NCBI RefSeq assembly: GCF_000143415.4
Contig: NW_003314266.1
Location: 1,572,463 to 1,636,462 of the forward strand
Source of the DNA: Selaginella moellendorffii
Taxonomy: Eukaryota > Plantae > Lycopodiophyta
Reading direction: 5' to 3'
DNA length: 64,000 nucleotides
A model generated the notes under the pieces. It did no database searches and was not told the DNA's origin. It saw only the letters and a list, made by a program, of their open reading frames with translations. This document shows, piece by piece, positions 10,908-22,152 of this stretch; within the stretch, counting starts at the first letter, position 1, and every line of letters begins with the position of its first letter. The translations under genes were made by a program, and so were the position numbers.

Positions 10908-11752
10908 ATGGCGCCGGACGTCATGGATGATCTCCAGGAGCTCAAGGCGCTGCTGGATCAAGCCAAGCGGCCGCGAGTGAAATCGCTGCTCTCCGCCGAG
11001 ATCGAGAGAATGCAAAAGGTTCTTGCTCTCTTTCTTGATCGCTGTAGCGGATTCTAGACTCCTGGAGGCTAATCCTGCAGGGATTGATCGAGAACGAGGC
11101 GAAACCGGCGGCGCCGCTGGAGAAAATTCCAGTTGCTGCTCCAGAGCCGCGCTACACCACTGTGGATTCGTTTAGCTGGGATCAAGATGATAAGAGCGTG
11201 AAGGTAGTTCTCATTTTTTTTCTTTTCTCTTTTAGCGACTCGCTTGCTTTCTTGTCGTTTGAAGATCTACATTGGAATCGAGGGTGCCTCCGCTGACAAA
11301 GTATCTTCGAAGTTCCAGGACGAGTCTTTCGAGATCAAGATCGAGGATTTGGGAGGGAAGAACTACCGCTGTGGTGTTCCAAGGCTCCAGAAGCCTATAG
11401 ATCCAGCGGCAAGTAATGTGATTGTCAAGCCCAAGCGCCTTGTGGTGGTTTTGAAGAAGATGGCCACGGCAAGATGGACCGATCTACACTACAAGGAAGA
11501 CAAGGTCTGTTCTTCGCGCTTTTCTCTCTTGTCTGAGACGATCGATTGTGGATGCACAGTTTAAGCCGGATGAAGGGAAGAATCCGATGGCTGGCATCAT
11601 GGACCTGATGAAGGTAATTTCCATGGCTGCATGGTTTTGGATCGATCGTGACCTTGTTGTTGCAGAATATGTACGACGAGGGCGACGATAACATGAAGAA
11701 AACGATTGCTCAGGCATGGACCGACGCAAGAGCCAAGCAGGGAGGACTGTGA
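10908..11752 (+). CDS. CACYBP: Calcyclin-binding protein / Siah-interacting protein (CS + SGS domains)
   Basis: DDLQELKALLDQAKRPRV, FSWDQ..VKIYI, and NPMAGIMDLMKNMYDEGDDNMKKTIAQAW across GT-AG introns. Confidence 0.9.
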
Positions 11753-12001
11753 ATCCTTTCGTTTTAGTTTGTTCTGCTTAGATTGGATGATTTCCTCGCT
11801 GCGAAATTAATCTATCATGTTGTTACTGACGTGGATTGTGCTTTGCTCAGCGTTCATCCCTCTTGCTAACGTTTCTTTACTGGTGCTTATGATTGAACAC
11901 TTTATACAGGAGCTCTTGGTTTTAGTTTTGGTTTGTTTAAGATTTTGCTCTACAATAGAGGTGTACAAAGTTTGTGCAGCCTTGTGAAGATCATTGGTAG
12001 G

Positions 12002-12062
12002 GCTTATTTGGTCAGAGCGTGTGACTGAAAATCAGAAGGTAGTTCAATCCCACTCTCCGGCA
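12002..12062 (+). pseudogene. Pseudo-tRNA-Phe(GAA): 5' acceptor strand and part of the variable/T arm deleted
   Basis: atttggtcagagcgtgtgactgaaaatcagaaggtagttcaatcccactctccggca is a deleted version of the tRNA at 19515-19588; flanks also match. Confidence 0.85.
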
Positions 12063-12399
12063 TTATAACTTATCTTTTAGTTTCTGGACTTCGAACTTGG
12101 GACGTTTATGAAGAGGTATGCTATTATGGCGTGAAATTTGTGACACCTGACTGTGCTGCCCAAGGTGATGACATATTTTGTAAAATATTCCTACAGCTCT
12201 TGAAATATTCTTTGCCTTCTAGAATGGTATATACTTGGTATCTATCAATCATATTTATGTGCCCAACATGCACCAGTCCATGAAGTGCTATTGTAGTCTC
12301 AGACTCAGTTTTATTTGATGAACTTTTTATAATTCCAGTCATGGTTTCGAGGATCTTTAAGATTATAACAGAAAATTTATTTCCTTTAGCTAATATTTG

Positions 12400-13990
12400 A
12401 GACCTACGTGTCCTTAGGTTTGAATAATACTAGGCTAGATGACTTTTTAGAAAAGTCAAATTCACAAATTTACATTTAGTATAAAAAAGGTATCAAGTTA
12501 TGAATAAAAGTGCACTTTTTTTTCAAAACAGTTAAGAGTCTTTGGTTACTCTCGAGGGGTAGGATGTTAAGAGAGCAAGACTTTCAAAAGAGCTATGGTT
12601 CTCAACTTTTATTCACGAGAATATGAACTTATAAGGAAGCATGGTGGATTGTAAGTAGCTATTTAAAAGGGTGTGAATTTATAGGGAAACATGGTGGATT
12701 GCAAGTAATTAAAGGGAATGATTTGAAAGATAATCTATAAAAATTCAAATATAGAAGGAAATAGCCTATAAATAAAAGTGCACTTTTTTTTCCAATCAAT
12801 TAAAGATCTTAGGATACTTAAGGTTAAGTGTCTTTTGGTTTGAATAGTATGGGGCTAGAAGAAGTATTCAATAGCAATTGCAAATGCACTAATAAAATTT
12901 CTAACTTCCACCTAGCAAGTGAAATAGTCAGTAGTCAAAAAGTCAAGTAGTCATTGCCAGCAATCAATTGTGGAAAAAGCCCCATGAGATCAAATGCCAT
13001 CCACTCAAACAAATGGAAAATTGCAATTAAGTGTAACTATACTTTCATAGCACAAGGGGGAGTATTACAAACTTGGCACGAACGTACATACCAATAGTAT
13101 CATGTTGCATCTCCGGCTAATAGAAAGATCTGTGTAGTTTCTCAGTCATATAATGATGTCGTATATGTCATTCTCAATGTGATATTGAAAATATAAATGT
13201 CGAAATGGCAAATCATAAAACTATCACAAAGCTTTTAGATCCATAGCTCAACCTTGTGAGCCTCACAAATCTCATCAAGAGAAGGTAAAAAATCATGCTC
13301 TATACCTTGTGGATATTAAACATCAAATACAATAACTGTTGATGGCATAGAATCCTCATCCAAAAAATCCACAAGCCTCATAGCATGATTGTGCCGCAAT
13401 TAATTCATACCAAAGATTCAGTCAAAAGTTTGACTCAACACCACCCGCAATAACTATAGCGTAAGCTCCTGAATTTAGACTTCCCAAGAAGTCACCCAAC
13501 CCAGTACTATTTAAACCCAAGGACACTTAACCCCAAATATCCCAAGACCCTTAACCGATTGAAAAAGGGGGTGTACTCTTGTTCATGGGCCTTTTCCCGT
13601 TATATTTGAACCCTTATATATTATTTGTCAAGTTGTTCCCTTTGGTTGTTTACAATCCACCATGTTTCCTTGCAAATTTATGCATTCGTGAATGGAAGCT
13701 GAGAGCCCCGCTCTCTTGACACCCTACCCTTTATGTTGAGCCCAGTGGGAGTAAACTAGATCAGCCAGATGTCAATCAACATATGGTGCGATTCCCCTAA
13801 GCCAACCAACAGAGTCAAACCTGAGACCTCTATAATACCAAATGTAAGCTCCTGAATTTGGACTTCCCAGGAGGTCATTCAACCCAATGCTATTCAAATC
13901 CAAGAACACTTAATCGATTGGAAAAAGGGGTGCACTCTTGTTCATAAGCCCTTTCCCTTTATATTTGAACCCTTATGGATTGTTTCTCAA
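12400..13990. mobile_element. Cluster of degenerate LTR-retrotransposon LTR fragments in both orientations, with Met-type PBS relics
   Basis: (t)gtaagctcctgaattt.gacttccc..ga.gtca occurs at 13461 and 13843, with reverse-complement copies at ~12405-12475 and ~12600-12860. 'ctctataatacca aa tgtaag' (~13826-13848) resembles the reverse complement of LTR-end CA plus the TGGTATCAGAGC PBS. Confidence 0.6.
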
Positions 13991-14299
13991 GTATAAAGAA
14001 TGAAAATTGGCTCTACTGCATAGTGCAAATATAAATGTAACATGTAACAATAGACTAAGTAATAGAGGATAAACTCAAGTCTATATCCACCAACATAGAA
14101 TGAATAATAGAAGATCTCTTATTATTAAAATGAGATTGGAAAGTAAACACTATATGAACTAGTGCTAAATGAACTTCTTGATAATACTCTCGAAAGAAAG
14201 ATGGAAGGGTCACTGACTTATTTGTGCAAAGACCCTTTGTTACTTGTGTGACTCTTCATTTCTTAGAAACATCTTGGTGTTTAGACCTTTCACTTCAAT

Positions 14300-14950
14300 A
14301 ACACCAATAGGACATTATTGATACTAAAGTCTTTACCTAGGAAATGGAGGTTATTAATCTAGAAAATGACGATAATGCTAATAAATGTGACTAACTTCCT
14401 TATACGCATAACAACAAACATCACAACCATAACCACATTTTTGCCTTTGTTCTTGAATTTGGGTAACAATAGCATTAACCTCCATTGGAATAGAACTATC
14501 TCCCATAAGAAGTGGAGCTAAAGGACATGCAACTAAAAGTGGGGAAAATGATGTCTCATAATGTTGTGCTAAGAAAAGAGTATCATTAAAGGTGTGGGAG
14601 CAAGTGCATACATAAATCTTATAAAATATTGACGAAGTGTTAGCCACAACATTTCTAACCTAATTCACTTTGACTTTGGCTTCACACAAAGTAAAAGGTT
14701 TCGGAAACAAACACAAAATTGCATTATCCAAATGTGCATTTGAAGACATCCAAAAGAATGCTCCAATCCTCAAGAGTGGCTACACTCAAATTATTGTACC
14801 ATTGCAATGCCATCCCTTGAAAACACATGGGAAACTCATGCAAATGTTGAATATCATTCTAAAAATGATATGTGGTAATCATCGTAAATTGATCAAACTA
14901 ATAGTATATATCATCCCTAAAACTTCCACAAAAGAAATCTAATTAGACAC
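14300..14950 (-). mobile_element. Possible degenerate hAT-type transposase relic
   Basis: Weak fragments LLVACP / EVNAIVT recall the hAT DUF659 segments FLVxCP / NVVQVVTD; heavily decayed. Confidence 0.25.
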
Positions 14951-15296
14951 GAGAACTAACACTAAGAGCAAGATGAATTGTATTATATGCTGTGAATGCC
15001 ACTATCAACTAAGTTTGATTGTTCAACTATAATCCCATAACATTGATAATTGCATGACTACTACTCCAAGTTTAAGCAAGAGGAGGCTATTGTTGCTAAG
15101 AAGATGAACAAAAAGGAAAAAGTAAAAGAGAAGAAATTAAAAAAGCTAAAAGGAAAAAGAGATCTAAACAATACAAAAGTTAAATCTAAATTAAATTCCC
15201 AAATCCAGACATTGCTCAAGGACAATCAAAGTTGCCTCCACTAATGTGAGTGCATGGAATATGGAAATAGAATACAAAAATGTGCATTTTAATTAG

Positions 15297-15300
<4 letters not shown>

Positions 15301-15350
<50 letters not shown>
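15301..15350. repeat. (TA)n microsatellite, ~25 units
   Basis: Directly visible. Confidence 0.98.
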
Positions 15351-15352
<2 letters not shown>

Positions 15353-15524
15353 CATGTGGTCTAAATTAAAATCAATCTGACAGCTATCAAAATCTCACTA
15401 CATTACTTAGCCCTCAAAAATTTATTTACTACAGTTTAATGGAAAATTTCTTTTACTCTTTTATTTTCTTTACTTAGGGAAAAACTTGAGATTGTTATAA
15501 ATGGATATGAACTAGGGTATAGTC

Positions 15525-15705
15525 TTGTCCTGGAACCTCCTCAAGAGACTTTACATTGTAGTCTACCACACTGCCAAATTTGAAGAGGGACTGCAGAGGT
15601 TGTCGAGGCGATCAGGATGTGGAGCTCCAGTGGTGGCGGCCCCAAACTCGCCACTTCGAGCGAGGGGTTTCGGTTCGTGGAGCTGATCGACAACAACCTC
15701 GAGAC
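15525..15705. pseudogene. Mosaic of short fragments from the GDSL gene (same orientation as ~23235-23311) and the Dabb gene (inverted relative to ~18760-18900)
   Basis: tacattgtagtc and ctgccaaatttgaagagggactg match the GDSL gene; ggtggcggcccc..ttcgagcgaggggttt..gtggagctgatcgacaac match the reverse complement of the Dabb gene. Confidence 0.7.
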
Positions 15706-15756
15706 CCCCCAAATACGTTTTTCAATTCAGGGTTAGGGCTCTTGAGCTAGGGTTTG

Positions 15757-16245
15757 ATGGCGTGGGCGAGGGCGATTGGCGGCTTATGCAGGCGCGCGGG
15801 CAGCGGTCGCTTAGATTCTCTTTCCAACCGAGGATTCCAGCGGATTTCTAGCTCGTTTGGCCAAAGGGGCTACTGCGCGCCGGTGGAAGCGCCACTGTCA
15901 GATAATTCGGCGGCACCGGCGCTGGCCTACGAGCTCAAGTCCTCGCTCAAGTCTTCGCCGCGGCATGATTTGGCGATGATCTACACTTGCACGAAGTGTA
16001 ACACGCGATCGGCCAAGACGTTTAGCAGGGAAACGTACGACAGGGGGGTGGTGATTGTCCGGTGTGGGGGATGTAGCAATCTCCACCTCATCGCGGACAG
16101 ACTTGGGATGTTTGGGGACAAGGGGAGCGTTGAGGATTTTCTAGCGGAGAGAGGTGAGAAGGTGAAGAGGGAGTCTGAGGATACGTATGAGTTTGCGCTC
16201 GAGGATTTAGTTGGAGCGAAATCCAGTGAAAATTCTCGGGACTAG
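15757..16245 (+). CDS. DNL-type zinc-ribbon Hsp70 escort protein (Hep1/Zim17/Tim15-like), probably mitochondrial; intronless
   Basis: YTCTKCNTRS..GVVIVRCGGCSNLHLIADRLG zf-DNL signature; R/S/G-rich presequence. Confidence 0.93.
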   Translation: MAWARAIGGLCRRAGSGRLDSLSNRGFQRISSSFGQRGYCAPVEAPLSDNSAAPALAYELKSSLKSSPRHDLAMIYTCTKCNTRSAKTFSRETYDRGVVIVRCGGCSNLHLIADRLGMFGDKGSVEDFLAERGEKVKRESEDTYEFALEDLVGAKSSENSRD

Positions 16246-16399
16246 TTTCTAGTCGAAGGTTTCTTCCTGGGTGGTTTTTCTTGCTTAGAATCACGTCTAC
16301 AGTTCAGTTGCCCACTCTCGCATCCCGGTAGCATAGCGTTTGACGGCACTATCCTGCATGTTACCACAAGCTCACAATTTTGAAGCAGTGTGGTTTGCA

Positions 16400-16560
16400 T
16401 TCTTGAGCGCCTGTCCAGAAACTTTGGTTTGTCTTTCAGATTCTTCTTGGCGCAGCGAGCAAAGGCTGCAACCAGCTTCCAAGAGTCCGGCCTCACCTCG
16501 CCCATCCTATCAAACAGCTCCAAAGCCAGACGATCCTCCGATTTCGACGTCCTTCTTCTC
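16400..16560 (-). pseudogene. PPR-repeat fragment
   Basis: LALELFDRMGEVRPDSWKLVAAFARCA resembles a PLS-class PPR motif; no complete gene is visible. Confidence 0.45.
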
Positions 16561-16772
16561 CTCCCATCTAGTTCGTGAGCTAGCACTTTGCATGCATGTC
16601 CTGGTACTCGCTGGAGAGGAAGTCCTGGAGGAGGGACAACACTTACAAGCTTGCCGAGTCCTTTTCTGTTGCAGGAATACTTTTGACAGCTCCTGGTTTC
16701 AACAAACCGTTGTCTTTTTGTTTTCTTTCTATACAAGCCGAGTTGAAGTGACCAAAAAAGTACCGAGAGCCT

Positions 16773-16872
16773 NNNNNNNNNNNNNNNNNNNNNNNNNNNN
16801 NNNNNNNNNNNNNNNNNNNNNNNNNNNNNNNNNNNNNNNNNNNNNNNNNNNNNNNNNNNNNNNNNNNNNNNN
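16773..16872. other. Assembly gap (100 N)
   Basis: Run of N. Confidence 1.
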
Positions 16873-16959
16873 TCTTGTTTTTTGTGAACACATCTTAATA
16901 TTATCTGATTCAAAAAAAAAAACATTCTTTCCATTTCAAAAAACTAAAAGATCACTAAT

Positions 16960-18120
16960 ATACGAGATTGATTTAGGATAAATAGTTACATGAAGGTAGC
17001 AAAATAAATATAGTTTACTATATAAAACTTCAATTTTTTTTAATTATCTTATCACATTCAAAATAATATAAGAGATTTATATGTATCTCATTAAACTTAC
17101 CATTTATAATACTTTCCAAACCATTTATCCATATATAGTTTTTCGTTAAAGTCATTCTTTTTAATTTTAATAATTAAATTTTAAAATTCCTTGTGATATA
17201 GATATTTTAGTACTATCACTATAACTTGTTAGGTATCGAATTCTAGCTTATTTATTAGTTAATAACAAATTGTAATTATTTATGTAATATCACGAGTATT
17301 TAAAATTCTAAGTTTTTCAAACTTTAGATGATAAGTTGTTGCAGATAAATCTTGAAAATAATGAAAATTGTACAAAATTTTTTTTATACTTTTTATTGAC
17401 CATTTGTAAAAGGATATGTATATGTATATATATGCACTTTTAAATTATTAACGTATTTATTCAAAATGATTATAAATTTTTTAATTAAAAAAATTTTAAA
17501 TGATATGTTATAAAGAAAAAATATAAATAACTACTTTATTCTAATTTCAATATTTTTCTTATTGTACTTTATATATTTTTAAAACATTTTCACCTACTTA
17601 TACTACTTTCTTAATATTATAATACATTAATTTCTGAAAGGAAAATTGTATTCTCTACTACTTTAAAAGCTAAGAAATATAAAAATATGCTTAGTTTATA
17701 GTGGTTTGACAAAAAACTTTATACTAATTGTGAATTTTAGTTTTGCATGTGCATTTAGCACTACTTGTTTGTACTAGTGATAATACCCAAAATGCATTTT
17801 TTACCATCTAATAGTTGATATTCATTTACTACTGTTGTGTATAATATTCATAAACTTATAAATTATTATTTTAAGTGAAATATTTTGCAATGAGCTATTT
17901 AGCAAATCAAACTAGTCACTTCATCCATAAGAAGCAACCTTCCATTATTGTAAAAAATAACACGTGCTTATATTTGATTTTTTCACTAATATTTTATATT
18001 ATTAATACTAGGTTATAACTGAAAACTGAAGAATCATTACTTTTTCTTATACTTTATGTATTTCAAATGCTAATACATGCAAAAAGATTTATGCTATCAA
18101 TATCCTTTATATATCTACTG
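16960..18120. mobile_element. Extremely AT-rich dispersed repeat (non-autonomous element relic), related to 40200-40850
   Basis: ttttaccatctaatagttgatattcattta (~17798) recurs as ttttaccatctaatagttgttattcattta (~40643). Confidence 0.55.
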
Positions 18121-18628
18121 ATTGATGGATGTTTGCTATCTATCTAGACACCCTTAAATCCGATATAAAAAGAGAATAGATGGTTTTCTTGCTCGCACGA
18201 TACAATCACTCCTGTTTGGAAGCATCATCTAGAGCTGTTACCACAAGAATGCTGAAACTGAAGTTCTAAAAGCAACTAGACATTTATCTGAAAAGGATTT
18301 CTAAATCTTACTCAAGCAATCTGTTAAAAGTGTCTTATGGCAATCCTGGTTTGGAATCCTGTCACCTGCACCTCTGTGACAGCAAGGATCCGTACTGTGA
18401 TCAGTACAGAATATATTAGAATCTAGTATGGTGAGCAAGGAGCTTAAGTGGGAGCAAGGTGTCAGGAGCAAGGAGCTCGAACTGGGCTAAGCGCCTTGTT
18501 CAAGTGTAGATCATCGCCAAGTCGTCTTGAAGCTCATCCGCTGGAACCTCCGGCTGGAAAGACTAGAATCTAAACTCCCGCTACTCGCGCGCCTGCAACG
18601 CAGCTTGTGCAAATTCAAATTTGAAATT

Positions 18629-19321
18629 TCAAACGTATTCGTGGCCGGGCTCTGCGAGTGGCGAGTTCTCGGCCTGCATGCCCGTCTCGTTCCAGTAATC
18701 CACGAGAATGAAATCCTCCACGAACGGCCCCTCCTTGAGCTTCGCCAGCACCACTTCCGGGCTGTTGTCAATCAGCTCCACCTCGTCGATCCAGCGGAAG
18801 AAGGCCAGGTAGCCGAAATCAAACCCCCTCGCTCGAACCGGCGAGAAATTGGGGCCGCCACCATCGAAGCTCGACGTCCTGCTCGCCTCGGCGATCTCCG
18901 AGACGAGCTGCTCCCTGCCATCGCCGCACACCCCGTCCTTGAGCCGGCACAGCACGATCCTCTTTGCCTCGAAGAACTGGTCGACGTGCTTCTCGACGCT
19001 CGACTCCCAGTCCAGCGCCAAGGCGGACTCGCAGATGGGATTCACGAACTTGTCCATGCAGTAAATCTGCGCTGGGTGGAGCGAAAACGCGGCCAGCGCC
19101 GCCTTGTTCTGGTGCCGCGAGTGGAGGACGTGCGTGTAGCCACCGCTGAGAATTTCGTGCGCCGGCCATATAGACAGCACCGGTCCGGCCTTGAGGTGGA
19201 GGACGCCGTTGATGGCCCGCAGCTTGTTAAGTTGTTTCACCATCTCGGCTCGCTTCTCGGCCGAAGCCCAGTGCCGGACCTTGAAAAGAAGGACGTGCTC
19301 CACCAGGTGAACGATCGGCAT
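18629..19321 (-). CDS. Stress-responsive A/B barrel (Dabb) two-domain protein
   Basis: VEHVLLFKV..GVLHLKAGPV..GYTHVLHSRH..HPAQ; second domain with GPNFSPVRARGFDFG. A short upstream exon (~19400) is possible. Confidence 0.88.
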   Translation of the reverse strand: MPIVHLVEHVLLFKVRHWASAEKRAEMVKQLNKLRAINGVLHLKAGPVLSIWPAHEILSGGYTHVLHSRHQNKAALAAFSLHPAQIYCMDKFVNPICESALALDWESSVEKHVDQFFEAKRIVLCRLKDGVCGDGREQLVSEIAEASRTSSFDGGGPNFSPVRARGFDFGYLAFFRWIDEVELIDNSPEVVLAKLKEGPFVEDFILVDYWNETGMQAENSPLAEPGHEYV

Positions 19322-19514
19322 CCTGGAGCTTCACTGGAAATCTCTGGAAGAAAACCAAGAGCACAAGCGTGAGAATCGTTGTCGCGCTGTTGCTTGGCCA
19401 TCTTGATCACAGCGCTACTTTCACTGAAGGGAGATTTGCTTTTCTCACTCACTTATCGAAACGACAGCATACCTCTTCGTAAACGTCTCCAGAAACTAAA
19501 AGATAAGTTTAGAA

Positions 19515-19588
19515 TGCCGGAGAGTGGGATTGAACCACCGACCTTGTGATTTTCAGTCACACGCTCTGACCAAATGAGCTACTCCGGC
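19515..19588 (-). tRNA. trnF-GAA: tRNA-Phe (GAA), non-canonical body
   Basis: GCCGGAG-TA-GCTC-ATTTGGTCA-GAGC-G-TGTGA-CTGAAAA-TCACA-AGGTC-GGTGG-TTCAATC-CCACT-CTCCGGC-A forms a full 74-nt cloverleaf; TTTT lies ~14 nt downstream. Confidence 0.93.
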
Positions 19589-19932
19589 ATCGTGCTGCCC
19601 TCATGAAGATATTCACAAGCCTGAGCATGCTTTATGCATTGCTAAAATTAATGAAAAACAGCAAAAAGGTAATAAAATGGTCGGGAAACTCTAAAAAAAA
19701 CGTTTTTTGTTTCACTTCCAGACGTCCTTATGGTCGAATTTATATCCGGGTCATGATTGGCGGGGCAACAACAATATAATGTAGCAAAAAACTTCCAAGC
19801 GCATGATCCTTCCAAGATCAACCTAGGTCTGTTTCTTCTTGAAAAAATCTAGACTAGAGCTTGCAGCAAGAATACAATGCAACATTATGCCAAAAACAAA
19901 ACCATAGACTAGATGACTACCATACAGCTTTA

Positions 19933-20006
19933 TGCCAGAGAGTGGGATTGAACCACCGACCTTGTGATTTTCAGTCACACGCTCTAACCAAATGAGCTAC
20001 TCTGGC
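19933..20006 (-). tRNA. trnF-GAA: tRNA-Phe (GAA), second tandem copy
   Basis: Same cloverleaf with acceptor stem GCCAGAG/CTCTGGC and D-loop ATTTGGTTA; upstream CAA motif; T-runs ~30 nt downstream. Confidence 0.93.
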
Positions 20007-20262
20007 ACCTTGTTGCCCTACCAATGAACTTCGCGAGCCTGAGCAAACTTTGTACACCTGCATTGTGAAGTAAAATCAGACAAACCAAAACTAAAACCAA
20101 GAGCTCCTGTATAAAGTGTTCGATCATAAGCACCGGATGAATAGTAAAGAAGCACTTACTCTGTTAGCAGAGGGATAAACGCTGAGCACAATCCACGATC
20201 AGTAACAACATGATAGACTAATTTCGCAGCGAGGAAATCATCCAATCTTAAAACGAAAGGAT

Positions 20263-20704
20263 TCACAGTCCTCCCTGCTTGGCTCTTGCGTCGGTCCACG
20301 CCTGAGCAATCGTTTTCTTCATGTTATCGTCGCCCTCGTCGTACATATTCTGCAACAACAAGGTCGCGATCGATCCAAAACCATGCAGCCATGGAAGTTA
20401 CCTTCATCAGGTCCATGATGCCAGCCATCGGATTCTTCCCTTCGTCCGGCTTAAACTGTGCATCCACAATCGATCGTCTCAGACAAGAGAGAAAAGCTTC
20501 AAACGAGATCTTCAAACGAGAAGAAAGCAAGTGAGTCGCTAAGCGAGATCGAGAGCTCACCTGCGAGGAGAGGGAGGATTCGTCGCCGGCGAGGCCGATG
20601 CTTGCGATCTCGGTGGAGAGCAACGATTTCACTCGCGGCCACTTAGCTTGATCCAGCAGCGCCTTGAGCTCCTGGAGATCATCCATGACGTCTGGCGCCA
20701 TCAA
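20263..20704 (-). pseudogene. CacyBP duplicate lacking the CS-domain exons
   Basis: Inverted match to 10905-11000 and 11520-11752, with the middle deleted. Confidence 0.88.
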
Positions 20705-20719
20705 TCCGCTCCACAGCGA

Positions 20720-21670
20720 GAGCCTTTGTCAGCTTCACCTGGAAGAAATCCACCACTGGAGCTTAGAACAAGGAAAGAAAAATCTCACAAAGCTAGACAG
20801 GGACGAAGAAAGCTTGTTCTAGTACCTGAGACGTAAGAATCTGGCCGAGAAGCATCTTAAAGTTGCGAGCTGCAAAGCTTTGCTGCTGATCAATCGCGGC
20901 GGCATGGATCATCTCTAGAACCTGGGAGTCGTCTTCTCCAGCTTTCTCCATAGCTAAAGCCAGTCCCTGGAGCAAGAAAACCACAATGATGCTGCTAAGA
21001 ACTCGAAAGAAAACGATCGATTACTCACTGACTTGCAAAGCCTTCGCGGAGAAAGGTTGGATCGCCACACGCTCCCGGAACTCCTCCCTGGAATGCCTCA
21101 CATCCCCAACAAACCCGTAAGCTCTGGCTCTCATGAATCTATACTCGAGATGCTCCGGCTCCAACTCGATCCTCCTTCCCAGAACCTCAATCGCCTCCCT
21201 CACCTCGCCATTCTCCATCCTGAGCGAGAGCAAATCCTTGTAAGCCACCGGGTTGCCCGGCTCCTCCTCGATCGTCTTTAGCACCGCCTTGAGCGTCCTC
21301 TCATTGGCCTTTGCGCGAAGAACCCTGGACGGAACCTTAGAGCTCTTCCCTGGCTTCTCGGCTACCGCCCTCTTCTTCTTGGCGAGATCAGGAATCGCGG
21401 AAGCCGGCAACCCAGCCACATCGTCGACAGGCGGGACGGCCTCGGCTCGGGCGGAATCGCTGACGCTGAATCCCGAGACCAGGCAAAACGCCGCAGTGCC
21501 GAGCAAAATCCCTGCATCCCTGCTCAATCGATCCCACACCCCGGTCGCCAGCTTCGCGCTGCCGCTGCCGTGATTCCTACAGCAAACCGCTGCCCTGGAA
21601 GCGCGAAATCCTGGCAGCTGGTGGCGGCCGAGCGCTGGGAAGCACCGCATTCGCGGAGGAAGAAAGCATC
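20720..21670 (-). pseudogene. SG1-like TPR duplicate, 3'-truncated and with an N-terminal frameshift
   Basis: Inverted near-identical copy of 9450-10435; the last exons are missing and it is fused directly to the CacyBP copy. Confidence 0.85.
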
Positions 21671-21811
21671 ACTCTAGGTTTAGGGTTTAAGGCTCGTTTG
21701 ATCTCTCTTCTTAACGCGCCAAGGAGAGATTGTAGAGAAAATACAAATAGATTGGATGTGCTCTTCGCAGGAAAACTTCGTTTACTTACAAAGAGGGCGA
21801 GCATCGAGAGC

Positions 21812-22053
21812 TTTTATTTCTTTGGGAGTGGCTTCTTCTCGTCGTCAATGCTGGCGCTACCCATGGCCTCGAGCTCCTCAATGCCACGATCGCCATCGCC
21901 CTCCTCTTTCTTTGTCACCGCCGGGCGCTGGGCATCCAGTTCGTCGTCTGGATCATAGTCCGGATTGAGCGATTTCGGTAGCGAAGCTCTCCAAGCACGG
22001 CTTGCAAGCCATTTCGATCGCTGCCCATCCGAGTAGAATCCCGGCGATCGCGA
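21812..22053 (-). pseudogene. OEP7-like duplicate with start codon lost and frameshifting deletions
   Basis: Inverted match to 9010-9271 with indels. Confidence 0.85.
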
Positions 22054-22152
22054 TCTCTAGGCCTAAAGCTTGGTGGCAAACTAAACATGCTAAAGGTAAA
22101 TAAAATAAACACGTGTCAGGGATCTAACTTTAGGTCAAGTTTATGGCATTGT

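Noticed and set aside
16242-16981. ORFs spanning the N-run
   Set aside because: Artefacts of translating through the assembly gap.
18340-18510. Small hairpins (tgtcac..gtgaca; gtactg..cagtac) and ggagcaagg repeats
   Set aside because: Too short to call a miRNA or element; possibly an LTR scrap.
18527-19372. 281-aa + strand ORF, and similar long antisense ORFs at 42976-43788, 44799-45602, 38144-38830 and 50130-50828
   Set aside because: Shadow ORFs opposite GC-rich real genes; no recognisable motifs.
19515-20006. tRNA-Phe as a plastid/mitochondrial DNA insertion (NUPT/NUMT)
   Set aside because: The anticodon stem TGTGA/TCACA and variable loop AGGTC differ from the land-plant organellar trnF I recall (GAGGA/TCCTC or AAGGA/TCCTT, GTGTC), and the flanks look like nuclear Pol III flanks. 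Not fully excluded without a search.
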